Positions 40,325 to 54,667 of a DNA stretch of 64,000 nt are shown here, piece after piece. A program made the position numbers and the translations under genes. The DNA comes from Phoronis australis. Lineage: Eukaryota > Animalia > Phoronida. The DNA lies in contig NMRA01000004.1 of the NCBI GenBank assembly GCA_002633005.1, forward strand, positions 2,025,935-2,089,934, written 5' to 3'. Numbering within the stretch: the stretch's first letter is position 1; each line of letters starts with the position of its first letter. Under the pieces are notes generated by a model. That model was given only the letters and a program-made list of their open reading frames with translations. It did not search any database and was not told the origin of the DNA.

Positions 40325-42827
40325 TGAATCAGTACATTTTAAATAAAAAACATTGAATTAGTAGCTTAAATATTACAAAGTTTGAATAATTCTGAATTGA
40401 TATCTTAGTCACAACAAACATTTAATACTAGAAATTCAGAGCGTGCGCCGTCACGTACGTCCGTCATACTAACTCAACTTATATTGAGCTGTATGAAAAA
40501 CATTTCTTACATTAGAAGATATCATCAAAAATGAGTTTGTTGTACTCTGCAAACATTCCACTAAATCATCGTGTAAAACATAAAATTGTAAGTTAATGGA
40601 AGTCACAGAAAATTAGCGTTAAAATTAAAAAAAAAAACAAAAAAAAAACAGATTCTCTGCGTACGTCCGTCACAGTCCTTTAAGGACACTTTTCTCAGCC
40701 AGATTAAACGATAGGGGAAAATGTGATAATGCTTTGAAAGCTATCAGTGAGATCTATCAATTAATGTATTAATTTTTTCCTATGATGAACATTTTTTCAC
40801 AATTGATCAAATTGTTCTTTGATTGTACGTCCGTCACAAATGGAATTGCCCATAGACATATTTTCAAAAGCGTTTCAAAGTTTTGGCACAATAGCCTCTA
40901 GTACATGTAGATTTACTTATGTAATGGGCATGCGCAGTTGTCACGAATTTGTCAGCGTTGATGGATAGAGCAACACCTGTAGACATTATGCCGAGATTAA
41001 GTCATAGTTAAAGGGATTCTAGTGGGAAAGAATGGATTATTTAGTTGCGGTTTGGTGGGCCGACATTGTCCAGTTTATTTTAAAAACTATTGTAGATTTA
41101 GCTCATGTGCCAACTGGTGCCTTTTGCACACGGTGCAAGCATTTGACGAGCTTCACGCGGCCATCAACATTCACGTCTACGTTCAGTTGTCAGTACACAT
41201 TTATTCTAGTAAAGAAACATTAAATGAAAATATTTGCGAAATTTTATGAAGATGGATTCTATTCATTTTGATATGAAGTCTGCTACGCGTTTTATAAGCG
41301 ACACGCCCTTTTCTTCCACATTTTTTCCTGTTACCGCGACCTCATTGACTGGGATTATTACAGTCCACCTTGACAGACATTTCAGAAGTATATTACATGT
41401 ACTTATTACCTGTACTTGTCCAGGGGCTATTCTAATGACTCCGATTTGAGCTACACGCAATCTGATTACCTCAATGTCTAACGAAAGACCACTAACCGCG
41501 CACAGCTGGATTGTTGCAGCCAATTTTAATTACATGTACATGTACGTGTACACATCAATGATAAACANTCAATCAGTACATTTTAAATAAAAAATATTGA
41601 ATTAGTAGCAAAAAACACTATAGCTTAAATATTACAAAGTTTGAATCATTCTAAATTGATATCTTAGTCACAACAAACATTTAATACTAGAAATTCAGAG
41701 CGTGCGCCGTCACGTACGCCCGTCATACTAACTCAACTTATATTGAGCTGTATGGAAAACATTTCTTAGAAGATATCATCAAAAATGAGTTTGTTGTACT
41801 TTGCAAACATTCCACTAAATCATCGTGTAAAACATAAAATTGTAACTTAATGGAAGTCACAGAAAATTAGCGTTAAAATTAAAAAAACAAACAAAAACAG
41901 ATTCTCTGCGTACGTGCGCCACACTCCTTTAAGGGCAATTTTCTCAGGCAGATTAAACGATAGGGGAAAAGTTGATACATGCTTTGAAAGCTATCAGTGA
42001 GACCCTATCAATTAATGTATTAATTTTTTCCTAGGATGAACATTTTTCACAATTGATCAAATTGTTCTGTGATTGTACGTCCGTCACAAATGGAATTGCC
42101 CATAGACATATTGTCAAAAGCGTTTTACATTTTGTCAAAGTTTTGGCACAATAGCCTCTGGTACATGTAGATTTACTTATGTAATGGGCATGCGCAGTTG
42201 TCACGAATTTGTCAGCGTTGATGGATAGAGCAAGACCTGTAGACATTATGCCGAGATTAAGTCATAGTTAAAGGGATTCTAGTGGGAAAGAATGGATTAT
42301 TTAGTTGCGGTTTTGTGGGCCGACATTGTCCAGTTTATTTTAAAAACTATTGTAGATTTAGCTCATGTGCCAACTGGTGCCTTTTGCACACGGTGCAAGC
42401 ATTTGACGAGCTTCACGCGGCCATCAACATTCACGTCTACGTTCAGTTGTCAGTACACATTTATTCTAGTAAAGAAACATTAAATGAAAATATTTGCGAA
42501 ATTTTATGAAGATGGATTCTATTCATTTTGATATGAAGTCTGCTACGCGTTTTATAAGCGACACGCCCTTTTCTTCCACATTTTTTCCTGTTACCGCGAC
42601 CTCATTGACTGGGATTATTACAGTCCACCTTGACAGACATTTCAGAAGTATATTACATGTACTTATTACCTGTACTTGTCCAGGGGCTATTCTAATGACT
42701 CCGATTTGAGCTACACGCAATCTGATTACCTCAATGTCTAACGAAAGACCACTAACCGCGCACAGCTGGATTGTTGCAGCCAATTTTAATTACATGTACA
42801 TGTACGTGTACACATCAATGATAAACA
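40325..42827. repeat. Near-identical ~1.25-kb tandem duplication split by one N (probably two alleles)
   Basis: 40325-41567 repeats at 41569-42827; N at 41568; duplicated ORF calls in both halves. Confidence 0.92.
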
Positions 42828-45638
42828 TGTGAAACCGTCTGAAAAATCTGAGATTCGTGATCTCAATGATATAAGAAGGTTCAAATCTCCAACTTTTATG
42901 ACTCATTTATGTGAATACCACACTGGCAATTTTTGCTCAACACGTTTCTAAGTGGTCGAATATATACGAATTCGCTTGTTTTTAGCTTTAACAAACCTTG
43001 CCAGAGGAACTGTAAATCTTTGATTAATACTTCCTATACGCGTGGCCCAAATTCACTCTCTTCCGTGATGGGACGTCATTTTATAGGATAGTGCACTTCC
43101 TAGAAATAATTTTGATCAGAATGTCTCTACTCCATAGACTTTATTTACAAACAAGCAATTACCTCTTATGACCGTAACCAGTTTGCGGGAATCATGCTGG
43201 TGCACCTAACCAGCGTGTTCGATCCTATGATAAAGTGGCCGCTTGTTGCCTGTTTGAGAGCATATACTTATATAAAGTAAACAATAGTTGTTGACTTGTC
43301 ATGAATAAATTGAACTTTTCTCTACTTTCGCTCCCGAATAATTGGCAGCGGCGGATTCATGGTGTCCCGTCTATGACTGGGTCCCATTAACAAGAAAATC
43401 ATGTTGTCCAAATATGAAAGGCTGTAACATCAATGGAATGGAGAAGAGCGACAGTTGATTCTGTCATCAGTTCAACCTCATTCCACGTCGGGTCATTTTC
43501 CTGAACATAAAATGTGCGATTTGGCAAAAAGGAAATTAGAAGAATTTGATTACGTCATCGGGGTCCAATTCGTGTGTAGCGACATGAAATAAGAGGATAC
43601 GTAGAAGAAAAAATCGTGAAAAGGGTAGGTAACCGTGAAATCCATCCGCGTGTCCACACGAATATTTGTGCTTTACATCAAAATATCAAATGATACACAA
43701 TTTCAAAAAATATCGGACAGGAAAACGACATTAATAATTGCCAGAGGCGGAACCCTGGAGCAATACATCTTTGCATTTGCCCTAGGAAATCTGTGCGTAA
43801 TAAGTTTCCTACAAGAGTACGTTTTCAAGTGAGCGTAGATAATCCAGACTGAAGGATTTCAAAATCTGAGGGACCCTGACTACAGGGTCCTGGCCATGAC
43901 CGCCACTAGTGGTTGACAGATATTCGCTAAAAGTTCTGTGATGTACATGTATATGTTTGCTGTGTTTCCTTTCTCGATTAACCTTGACATCCCGCGCCTT
44001 ACACATATGCCGGTCCCCACGGAGGTTTCTTGGTCGCATTTGCAGCAAATTATTCTAGGCGATTATCCTCCTGGTTACCCCAGTTTCTTACGTCCCTGTT
44101 TAATGGCCACGCTACACCCTTAGGTCATTACCAGGGGGCTCTTTTCCCCACCGCACCGTCCTACGCCTATGCCTTACTGCTTAGCCAGAAAAGGGTTTGG
44201 TTTGATAAACTAAGCTTAATCTGACTGGCGCACGTGAACACAATATAAATGTGCACACGAATATAAAAGCAAGATCACTTCGCCAAAAGTGCCACTATGA
44301 AATTATTTCTGTGCTGTCATCTTTCTTATGCGTGGTTTGGTATTGGTACATGTATTATTACTTGAAATGTAGCTAGTGTTGCCGATGCTGCTGTTGTTGC
44401 TGCCACTGATGGTGGTGGTGCTGCTGCTGCTTCTGGGTAAAACGTTTATCGACGATTTCGCTGGATATGCGAATAGGTGCAATAGGTTTACTTGTACATG
44501 TAACCTCATCTGGACAAATCCGTTTTTCGGTTTTCTTCGCAAAAATTCGTTGTTCACTTTGAACGCTGAATTTCCAAAATCAGCCTGCCGTGAACGCAAA
44601 CCCGGTCAAGTCATCTAGAGTTTACATGACTAATGATATAATCAGTTCAATGATCACACACCAAAAATCATTGAATATTGGAACTTGGCCGTATGCTGTT
44701 GAAACATACAATGTAAACCGCGACCAATATTTCGGACGCTGTCATTGTTATCCAACTTCCATCGATACCACTAGTAGACCTCTGCACTGAATTCGTCATT
44801 AAAGTGATGATCTTGGGGACAGTTAGAGCGGCAAGACCTAACAAGTAATTAACAGTGACTACGCTAATTTCACGTATGTACTAAGAACAGGAAAATACTT
44901 GCTGTCGTTACTTCGACAAGTTACAATATACCAACAAAGCGCTTACCAAATCCTGTACGAGTTCATTACCGCTTAGCTACCACTTAGCCCCTACAGTTGT
45001 TTTATTCGTTTGAGGAACAATGTATTTTGCCGCCCGTCCATCGATCTTTCTTGATAATATGTACCTGCTGTTCTCGAGATACTTTCAAACGTAACCCGTG
45101 GGTGTCAATACCCGAGCCCCAGAGATACCCAAATTCAAGGCAATTGTTCTTGACCAATCTTCTCTTTACCAACAAACGTTGCTTGCGTCGACGTTTCTAC
45201 GAAATGTATAAAAGTCCGGAGCACAACTGTTGCTTTTTTACCCCCATACGAAGGTGATGTAATTTTTTCCATTGCACTCGGATGTTGATTTGTGTATGTC
45301 ATGTATTTGCGCACGAATGTAAACGTGTTGCATAAGACCTTGCATGTACATGTACCTGCAGTACAACGGCGAAGCTCCACCAAAAGAGCAAGGCAAAACA
45401 GCATTTTACGGTAGTCTCTGGTTAATTGGCTTAACACCTCGAGCGAATACGAAACATGTTATTTGTAACACACTAGCTTTACATACGTATTGAATAAAAA
45501 CGATTTATCCAGTAAACACTACAACGTTTGTACACCCTGTATGTCAGATAATATTTTCAAAATAACCTCTGTTTCCAAATAATATATTCATTCCGTGTGT
45601 TTGTTCACATTATACTACAAACCTATTCTCTCCGCAAT

Positions 45639-46250
45639 GCTTACATGTAGATGAATGTCGCGTGCTATTGTTAGTTCTAACGACAGATAATTAGAAAACA
45701 TTATCAGACTTTGTTAATAAGATGCATCCTTTATTTCAAAAGTGCAGCACAACGACGACCGACCCTACATACTCAGGAACGTATTTGTCAGTTGTATGCA
45801 ACTTGAGATGTAGTTCATGTTCATGAGGCTGGTATGTTTGACGGCTTGAGCTCTGATGTGTCGTGAAGTAATTAGGATCATTGAAAGATTACTCGGATTT
45901 ACAATACAAGTAATCATTTTACTTGAGTCCATTAGATGACATGTCCGAATGCACGCGATTCAAGCAAAACCGGCATGTGATAAACACCGTCGTCATCGTA
46001 ATACATGCATATGTGTCGACGCTGTTACCATCAAAATGGTTAAAAACTCTTGAACTCCAAAGCAAAGGTTACTCCGCAGTTTTTGTCAATTTGCAACCCA
46101 GACCAATTGACCAATCGCTAAACTGACTCTCGCTCCGCCCACTCGATCACGTGACGCAGCCTTAAGCAAGAGAACAATGTGTGCAACAAACCAAATGTGT
46201 CTCAGAGAAATACCGGAAGATTTGCTCTTTATGTCGTAATTGCAAATTCA
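45639..46250 (+). repeat. Diverged duplicated segment, copy 2 (paralog of 33646-34715)
   Basis: See copy 1; retains the CCAAT, GCCCAC and GATCACGTGAC motifs. Confidence 0.8.
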
Positions 46251-46277
46251 ACAAATGTGGCTGACTAACAAACTTTT

Positions 46278-46590
46278 CAGGGGCGGATCCAGGATTTTGA
46301 GTTGGGGGGGGAGGGGGCAGGGCACAGGAATAACCAGAATTTCGCCACATGCACGCGCCCAGTCTAAAATGTAGGGATGCATGGGTCTTGAATTCTTGGG
46401 TTTGTGGACCTTATTACTAAAAAAAAAACGGTGATCGGGATTTTTTCAAGGCCTATGGATTGTGCATTCACCACGCGATCCCCTCTGGGTGCGCGCATAT
46501 GCTAGTCAACAATTCGCACCCCGAACTGACAAATGGTATCTGGGAGAATTTTAAAGGAGGTACATGGCCCCCTTGGACCCCCCTAAATCT
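46278..46590 (+). mobile_element. Composite MITE: family A host with a nested family B derivative (46348-46499)
   Basis: Family A 5' half, then catgcacgcgcccagtc...ctgggtgcgcgcata flanked by cgcca / tgcta, then the family A 3' half. Confidence 0.8.
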
Positions 46591-47383
46591 AAGTCTATCA
46601 ACCCATCCCGTCCACGTGCAACTAAACGGAATCTGCCGGTTTTTCAGATACATTTTCTGAATTTTAGCCTGACGTTGATTCCTTGACACAGGCTACGGCC
46701 TCTGTAGATTAGGCAGCAGTCTAAGGACATTACAGTCTTTTAGTAATAGCCCCCTGGTAGCGACACCGACGGTTCCTTAGAACTGCCAAATAACTCTTGC
46801 GGAAATCGACATTTCGTCAGTTCGCACAAAATAGTTCACGGAAGAGACAATGTATAGAAAGAAGTGCAAAAGAAAGGAAGCCCGACTATAAAAATTGTAA
46901 AATGATTGTTTGGCATTGCTTTTGGTTTCCGATAAAATAAAATAATGCCATGCTTTTTCCACGTGGTTACATGGGCAGATAGTCTGACCGAATCTAATCA
47001 ATAATGTACGCTGACTTACAAACCGTGTACCGGAAACCATCCGAGAACCAGTTACCATTACAATCTCGCGAAAATCTCGTTTGCGAGACTATTTGTATGT
47101 AAAAGAGCATGTTAACACTTCATCATTATCCTAATGAAACAAGGCACAGTTTTATTATTTGTTTATTTCACTTTCAAATAACGCTTGCATAATATTTGTA
47201 ATTAAGTGTTTATTACATGTTCACCTTTGTTTTCAGTTCTGGTGTTTTCTTTGAAAGTGCACTTTATTGACAAATAGTTCTTTTCCTGATTATACTTGTA
47301 CACACAGTTCACCAGGAAGTCACGTGGTGGCGCTTGCTTCAACTTTAAATATTCTCGGTTTTAATGAGACATAGCATCTTTAA

Positions 47384-47538
47384 AGGCGAAATTCTTGCCT
47401 CCCAAAACGTCACTTCCGGAGTAGACGACGAGTAATTAATTAAATTACGAAAAGCTGTAAAAAGTGAAAAATATGTCTGGGATAATCAACGAACCCTATG
47501 TTTGCTAAAAATGACATGAAAAAATGTTGCCTTCGCCT
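47384..47538. mobile_element. TTAA-flanked MITE (Kolobok-like termini)
   Basis: ttaa-AGGCGAA ... TTCGCCT-ttaa, with TTAA at 47380-47383 and 47539-47542. Confidence 0.65.
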
Positions 47539-48788
47539 TTAAATGCGTCAACTCGAGTGTATCGATACAGGAAGGTTAGCTTCTGACGGCAAGCATAGGA
47601 AATAGCGAAGCGGTAAATATATAGACTTGAGCATGAGTGAGAAATCGCACTTTAAATTTTTAAACATGCGGCTGGGACAAGTGTCTTGCACATTCATACT
47701 CCCTTTCAAGCTGTATGGCTAGAACTAAGATTTTAACCGCAATGTATCACGCTTACGTAACGAATGAACAATGCTAGTTTCAGTTTTTAACCTGGTGATC
47801 TTCGTACGTGAGTTTGCACGAGTTGATATTTTTTTAGTGGACAGACCCTTTCTGCAGGTGATAGCTGCATTGGGGATTGTATAAACTGTGCGATTTCCTA
47901 CTCGTAATCAGCGCTTATCCCTCCGTTTGTTTCTGTAATTGTTGCCAGATATTGCCCTGTTCTATATCTTTTTGATATTTAAAATACTAGAACAGGTGTT
48001 TATACAATCCTAGCGCTAATTTCGCCCTTTTACAATTTTAGCTTTGTCTTTGACAATGAACAAACTTATGCTTCGAGTTCCGGAATTACTATATCGACGT
48101 TGACAATGTCTACAGTCAGGCATAGTACTTAAACTCCGACCATAAGGTTTAATTCTTATCTAGACAACCCAGCTTTACATACGTGATTGATACATGTACA
48201 TGTAACTGAGTTCTAAAGTTTCAGGTCATTTGGTGCAACCAGGGGGTCATTAAGTGCTTTTTCCTTCCGAAAAATTGACTTTTTCATTCAACATGTTTGA
48301 CTACTGTGATTCTCAACATTAACCACGCTTAAAAATTCCACGACAGGGGCCCGTAATGCACCGGAAAGGGTCAAGTACTACAAAAAATATCAACTTTCAA
48401 TCAACATGTGTTCGTTTTATACCGTTTATATTCTACTGTGGCAACAGTTAAACATCTGTTATTCAGCATTTTCTTGTATAATTCTGCTATGATGCAAAAG
48501 CCACCGTAAAAGTTCTAAACTTTCCAACAAGTCTCACTCACGCAGAGACATTATTGTCACTGTTTGACAATAAGTTTTTTAGTTAGTGCTACTGTTACGT
48601 TGTTGATTATGCCCTTCGTGTAGGACTCACACATGATACCTGAGAACTATGTGTACGTAACAATCTCAGATGAAGTAAAAACATGTGTGCAAAAAAATAC
48701 CCAAACATATGCTATCTAATTTCGCAAGAGAACATAATTTTCATTGATATCTAATTTTGTAATTGCCCAAGTAGAATTCCATTTCATG

Positions 48789-49014
48789 CACGGGCGCACC
48801 CAGGGGGGGAGGGGCTTCGCACGAGCCCCCCATTTGACGAAGTGGGCAAAAAGACCCGAATCAGAGAAACAAAAACTACGCAAAAAGTAGAATACGAGAC
48901 AAAATTCCACTAAAAAGGCAAGAACTATCAAAATTCGGCGAATACACAATTCATGAATCTTAGTGAAAGGTTTCAAAATTCGAGCCCCCCATTTTTAGAC
49001 TGGGTGCGCGCATG
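48789..49014 (-). mobile_element. MITE family B
   Basis: cacgggcgcaccca...tgggtgcgcgcatg; internal sequence is the reverse complement of the 5262 copy. Confidence 0.85.
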
Positions 49015-49092
49015 CATTATCCCTGTTATTTCAATCTATATTGAAAGGTCAGGTTGGGGGCACGGCACCAGCTCGTCAGTGACGCTCTGTTG

Positions 49093-49240
49093 CAGGGGCG
49101 GATCCAGGATTTTGAGTTAGGGTGGCCAGGACAGAGTATTAGCCAGGATTTTGCCCGTCAGACATTCGCACCCCAGAAATGCCTAATGAAATCTGAGAGA
49201 ATTTTAGGGGGGCCATGGCCCCCTTCTAAATCCGCCTCTG
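49093..49240 (+). mobile_element. MITE family A, 5-bp TSD
   Basis: TSD tgttg at 49088-49092 and 49241-49245. Confidence 0.9.
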
Positions 49241-49686
49241 TGTTGTTTATCTTTATTAGGCAGAACTACTTCTACCCCTCATTCCCAATATTTAACCAGG
49301 ACCGAGTTCTGTAGACTCAAGACTCTTGCTAAGTAACCTAGTATGATTACGTGATTTTCTTGTTATACAGGACGATGTTTTGCGAGGGAGAATCTTGCGA
49401 CCAAAGCACGAGTGGCATCTTGCTTCGTTTTCAATGCATTGCGATATCTTGCAAAAACTTAATGGCCTTCCGTTATAACGAGGTTTTCGTGTCTACGGAA
49501 CGCTGCTATGCCAAGTAGAATGCTTGCGGGTTTTCAAAATTAGTAGAAAAGAGGATAAGTGCGCCAGCTTGGTGCATAATCTCACATACTAAAGTCCATA
49601 CATGTAGCTGCTCACCAGGAAAATCAACGTGAGGTCTTACAAACCCAAGACGTATTCCCGCTGTAAATTACCCGGGATAGACTGAA

Positions 49687-51511
49687 TTCAATAACGCTAG
49701 GACCTCACTATAAAAGCGAGAGATTGCCGTGCATTTTGTATGAGAGCACGTGATTTTGGCTAAACTTTCTTCACCGTCAGACAACAAGCGAATACAACCC
49801 ATCCTCCCGTTCAGTAACGCTAGAACCTCGCTAAAAAGCAAGACTTCGCAAGATAACGTGAGATATTTCCGTGTATTTTAAGTGAGAGCACGTAACTAAA
49901 ACTAGATTTTAGCTAGGTCCTAGCGTAGGTCCTAGCGTTACTGAACGCACGCCAGGTTAGCACAATATGACGCAAACGGAAGTGGGTGATATTGTACGGT
50001 ACGTCACAAAACGGCAATACACTGTTTCCTCCCAGTAATAGATAAAATACTCTTGCAAAGATGGCGCTGTGACGGATGCATTCCGCTTGCAGCAATTGTA
50101 AACCCCAAAGTGCCGCTTTTACAAAGACAAGGTGCGAGGTACGCACATTTACGTGTATGCGCATACGTTGTACTTATCTAGCTCGGTCTTGAGTTTGTGT
50201 GTTTTGCTGAGTGGCCAGTCATACATGTAAACTGTATAACTTAACAGCCTTGATATCAGGGACATAACTACACTGAAATCATTTTAAGCATGAGTTCTTG
50301 AGGAACATCTTGCAAAATCAAGCCTTATATTTTTGATTTTGGAATTTAGCGCTATCATATATGTATGAAAAAGTCGCGACATAGGGCGAAGGAATTTCAT
50401 TTACACTTAGCTTATCTTAGATTTCAAAATTTCTAGAAACTAGCTTGAGGGTGTTATGACGTTTCAAAAAGCATGCGCGCACCCGGGGGGGGGCTCGGGG
50501 GTCCGCCTCAGAGAAACAAAAAGTCCGAGGAAACGAGACAAAAGTCCACTAAAAAGGCACAGACACACAGTTCACAGACCTGGTGGTAGTACCTGGGTTT
50601 TTTCAGTCCTCCTGCTTTTTTGTTAGCAAAACGTCCACTTTGCCAGAGATTCGAGCCCTCCCCCCTCCATATTAAAATATTAAAGGCAGGGTGAGCGCAT
50701 GAAAAGTACTGCTCCTCCCGCCACAGTTGAAATGCAGGCAATGGTGAGAGCTATAGCAAACCTATGTACTTGTAGTCTCTTTCGTCTCAGCTTAATTCAG
50801 TTACACAAGCTGAACACAGTTGTACAATATGATTTTCCGATGCTGAGCGTTTGTTCCATCGATAATCAAGTGCGCGTATATTGTTCTGAAAAAACTGAGA
50901 AGAGCCAAAACCACGTGCTTTCATTGAAACTACACGGCGATATCTCGCGAGGTCTTGCTTCTCGAGCGAGGTACTAGAGTTATTGAGCTCAAACCTGCGT
51001 GGTGCTTGGAATAGTACCGGCGTAGGCCAACTCTCTAACCCAGTCTATTGTGTAGTCCTTTGATTTGTCAAGCAATGGATCAGTTGAACATAACAAGCTC
51101 GATTTTGCAACCTCAACTGACGTAACTTGAGCTAGCTTCCCATGACCAACGTGCTCGGGAAGAAAAGTGATCACCGCTCCCAATTCGCTCGAGCTCTATT
51201 TTTTGCTAGTCTCGAAGGTTGTTTGGAAAGGAACAACATGCCGTTAAAAGTATTGAACTCTAACAGAATAAATTTTCTCTAAAAATTACAGAAAATGAGA
51301 GAAATAAGGACAATTTGAAATATTGAAAAACATTTTCAAATCAGGTCGTTAGTCTGGTCAAATGGCTGACCAAATGGCCAGGAAGTAGAATTCAATAGCT
51401 GTCTCACAGCTAGAAAAAAAATAACCAAAATCACGTTCTCTCGTTGAAAATACACCCCGCGTAATCTCGCAAAGTCTTGCTTATTAGCGAGGTCCTGTCG
51501 TTGCTGAACTC
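49687..51511. repeat. Cluster of four copies of a ~90-140-bp element (GTTCAGTAACGCTAGGACCT terminus)
   Basis: Plus copies at 49687-49761 and 49809-49946 (15-bp TIR gttcagtaacgctag / ctagcgttactgaac); minus copies at 50902-50990 and 51423-51511. Confidence 0.75.
50472..50701 (-). mobile_element. MITE family B, 5-bp TSD
   Basis: TSD aaaag at 50467-50471 and 50702-50706. Confidence 0.85.
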
Positions 51512-53054
51512 TACCGCGGCTTCAATGTTTACACTAGTCTCAATTGCTAATAGAGCCTGTGTTCGAGGCTAGTACCGGCACAATTATTTGTAATAAGCGA
51601 AACCGCTGAAGGACAGCTTTGCTAACGGTTGTTTCAAAAAGACCGGTGTGTTTTTCCATCCACCCATTTCCGCGTGTCACCGCAGAACTTGCAAAGCCAG
51701 ATTCATTGATACCATTAGTAACAACGTACAAAGTATAGTTATGTAGATGCCCGCTTATGCCAGGAATAAACCCGCATCAGCATTATCATAATATGGGAAT
51801 CTATTTTCGCAGCGCACGCTCGGTAGGTTCATATGTGTTACGACAATGTCCTTGGCAAGGTAAGGTCTAGTGATAACTCGCACAGTGTTTCGCGAAGTGC
51901 CGTTCTCCGCAAAGCGCAAGATCAGCAGTTACGCCGGTGTGTCCGTTGCTATGGAGATGCTTTAAAACAAAAACTGCGCCACGGTATCGACTACCGCTCA
52001 TACCTTATGAAGACCGGATTGTTTGCATCACGCACATGACCTGGGAAGCTCTTCTTGTGAACCGCATAGATAGTTTTAGTTGCATGAGGTAGGCCAAAAT
52101 TATTTAATTTATGAATATTATTTGATTAAAAAATTTTATAGTGCTATGATTTACTCAGTCGCTAAATATTGCATCCTAAAATTATAGTCTGTTTGCCAAT
52201 ATTTTTAAATTGTGTTCAGCTCGGAACACGGCGCTCGTCTTCTCAACTTTTTTTCTGATTTGCATTTCGTATCCTCTGATCGAACTATTGCTTGATCAGA
52301 TTTTAACTTGATTTTAAAGTTTAAATACATTTTACTGTTCCGAGCTAATTGACAAATTCCAGCTATCTAAACACAGAAACCTTAATATGTTTAGAGTATG
52401 GACTTGTGAATCAAAGTTAAGGCTCGTAAAAACCAGACAACAGTATCATGCATTCACCGTTTCAGTTTTCACCGAAACTGTTAAGTTGGTGTAGAGACGG
52501 ACGTAAAAAGGAAAACAAAATGTTGTTATTCCTTTGGGTTATTATAGAGGACTATTTTACGCTTCCCTAGAAAGTTGCCCTTTTGAAAAAGTTGTTGAAA
52601 GTCGAAAGATTTGTGACAGATGCATTTCTCTACACTAGAAATTGTTTTCAGTGTTACGCTTGGAGGATCTATACGGTCAATCCCGTACCTTTGTTACTGA
52701 GATAGTGTCTCGGCTTGTAGCTGAGCCGCCACAACAGGATCATATTGTTATGACTTCAATCTATACATGCAGCTTTAGTGACTTATTCTTGACAAAACCC
52801 TCCACCAGAGATGCCAATTTGCTTTATTGACAGAAACTCCAAACCGGTCTGCTCGCTCACTCAAATTTCATAAAACCGAGACTTCCTTCGTAGGTAAGAT
52901 TTTGAAAAGAACGAGTCTCAGTGATCTCATGAATTTCAAAAACTGAAATTGTATTTTGGTGTCACGCAAAATTGCGTGAGGAGGCTAAGAAGTTTTCAAA
53001 ACAAGATGATCATATAAAACAAACTCTATTAAATACTTGGAATACAGTAGCTAC

Positions 53055-53297
53055 CATGCTTTTAACATGGGGGTTCGAATTTCTGGCGATGTGGACCTTT
53101 CGCTGACAAAAAAGCGGAAAGACTAAAAAAACGGAGTACCCCCTTCAGAACTGTGAACTGTGCGTCTGCACCTTTTTAGTGGACTTATGTCTCGTTTGCT
53201 CGGACTTTTTGTTTCTCTGAGGTGGACGTTTTTGCCCACTTCGCCAAATGGGGGGGGGGCGAGCCCCCCGACCCCCCCTCCGCTGGGTGCGCGCATG
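53055..53297 (+). mobile_element. MITE family B, left TIR damaged
   Basis: Internal gtggaccttt and cacttcgccaaatggggg blocks; right end ctgggtgcgcgcatg. Confidence 0.8.
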
Positions 53298-54667
53298 GGC
53301 ATGTTGGAAACATTGGGAATTTCCCTCTCTCTTCTGGGAATTTGAAAAATAACCGGAGACAGATAGATTATTTGGGAACGTTGGCTTCCACACAACGGGG
53401 TTTCTTGTCCTTCTAAATGTTCGAGAAAGCAACATTTCATCAGTAGTATTTGCTGTTGCCCTGACGACCAAGTGGAATTAGACAGCTTTTGGCGTTAAAA
53501 TATATCTGCCCATTTTTACTATGGCGTGTACAAGATTTTCAATGCTAATTGTACTTCACAGAATTATCGACATCTACAGTTGTTTACGGATGTAATTTTC
53601 AGCCACAAGAAATTGTCATTTATTAACACGCACCTCTCCTTAGTTTATAGCTCTTATTTTTGCAATAATTTGACTGAAAATTTCTTTTATCTATTGTTTT
53701 TCAATAACGGCAAGCAATTTTGTCAAACCAAAAACAAGAATGAGTGTATGAATGATTTCATAACGTGATATAGATTAGTTCTTGACATTACTCAGAAGTT
53801 CACAGCTTCAATCCGCAGCTCCGGAAACAATGCTGTGAAGAGCTTTGTCACAAAGCGCCATGTAAGCAATTTGTGCATACAAGGCAACTGATGGCGCATC
53901 ATTTAGACGAGTGCTGTCGCGCAGGAGACAAACCATACACGTAGTTCGTGTAGGGTGCACTATTTCGTAAATATGCATGCCACTGGATATTGTTGGAGAA
54001 AGTAAAATCAGCAAACAGAGATTCCTCGGAAAAATCGCTTTGTTATTTAAATTCTAAACACTGAGTTAAACAGTACACATTTTCAAAGTGTATAATCCCC
54101 ATTGTTTTGTTCACATTAAAGGTCACACTTTCCGTATAAGGGAGATGTGGTAGGTCTATGTCTTGTCATGCCAAATGTGCTTTTTGTTGGAAAAATGGTG
54201 AAGCGACAAGCAGTTGGAAGAGCGTTTTTTGAAATTTGAAACTAAATGAAATATGGTCTGAGAACTTCAAAATCGCTACTAACCAACCGTAAAAATACCT
54301 TTTGAACAATTTGACTTCTGTTTTAGTGGCAGTAAACCACCTTGAATAATGGAATTAAGTCTGTTTTATGGCGTTCTTTTCCACCTTATTTTTTTCTCCT
54401 TAAGCGGCATATTTTGCAATTCGGGGGCTTTCATCTACTCTGGTCCTGCCTTTTTTCAAAGGCATTGTGGTTCCGTTGTCGGCTCGTAAACAACCGGTGC
54501 CGTTACAGATACATACTGTATACCTTAGTGACTTGTAACACCACGGCAGAAAACAACACTTACTACTACAGGCGATCATTATTCAAAGCACGGGCTAACT
54601 GCAACATGGTTTTTTGGTGTATGTATGACTAAACAGCAACCATTGAAAAATAAAAACAGATGGAAAT

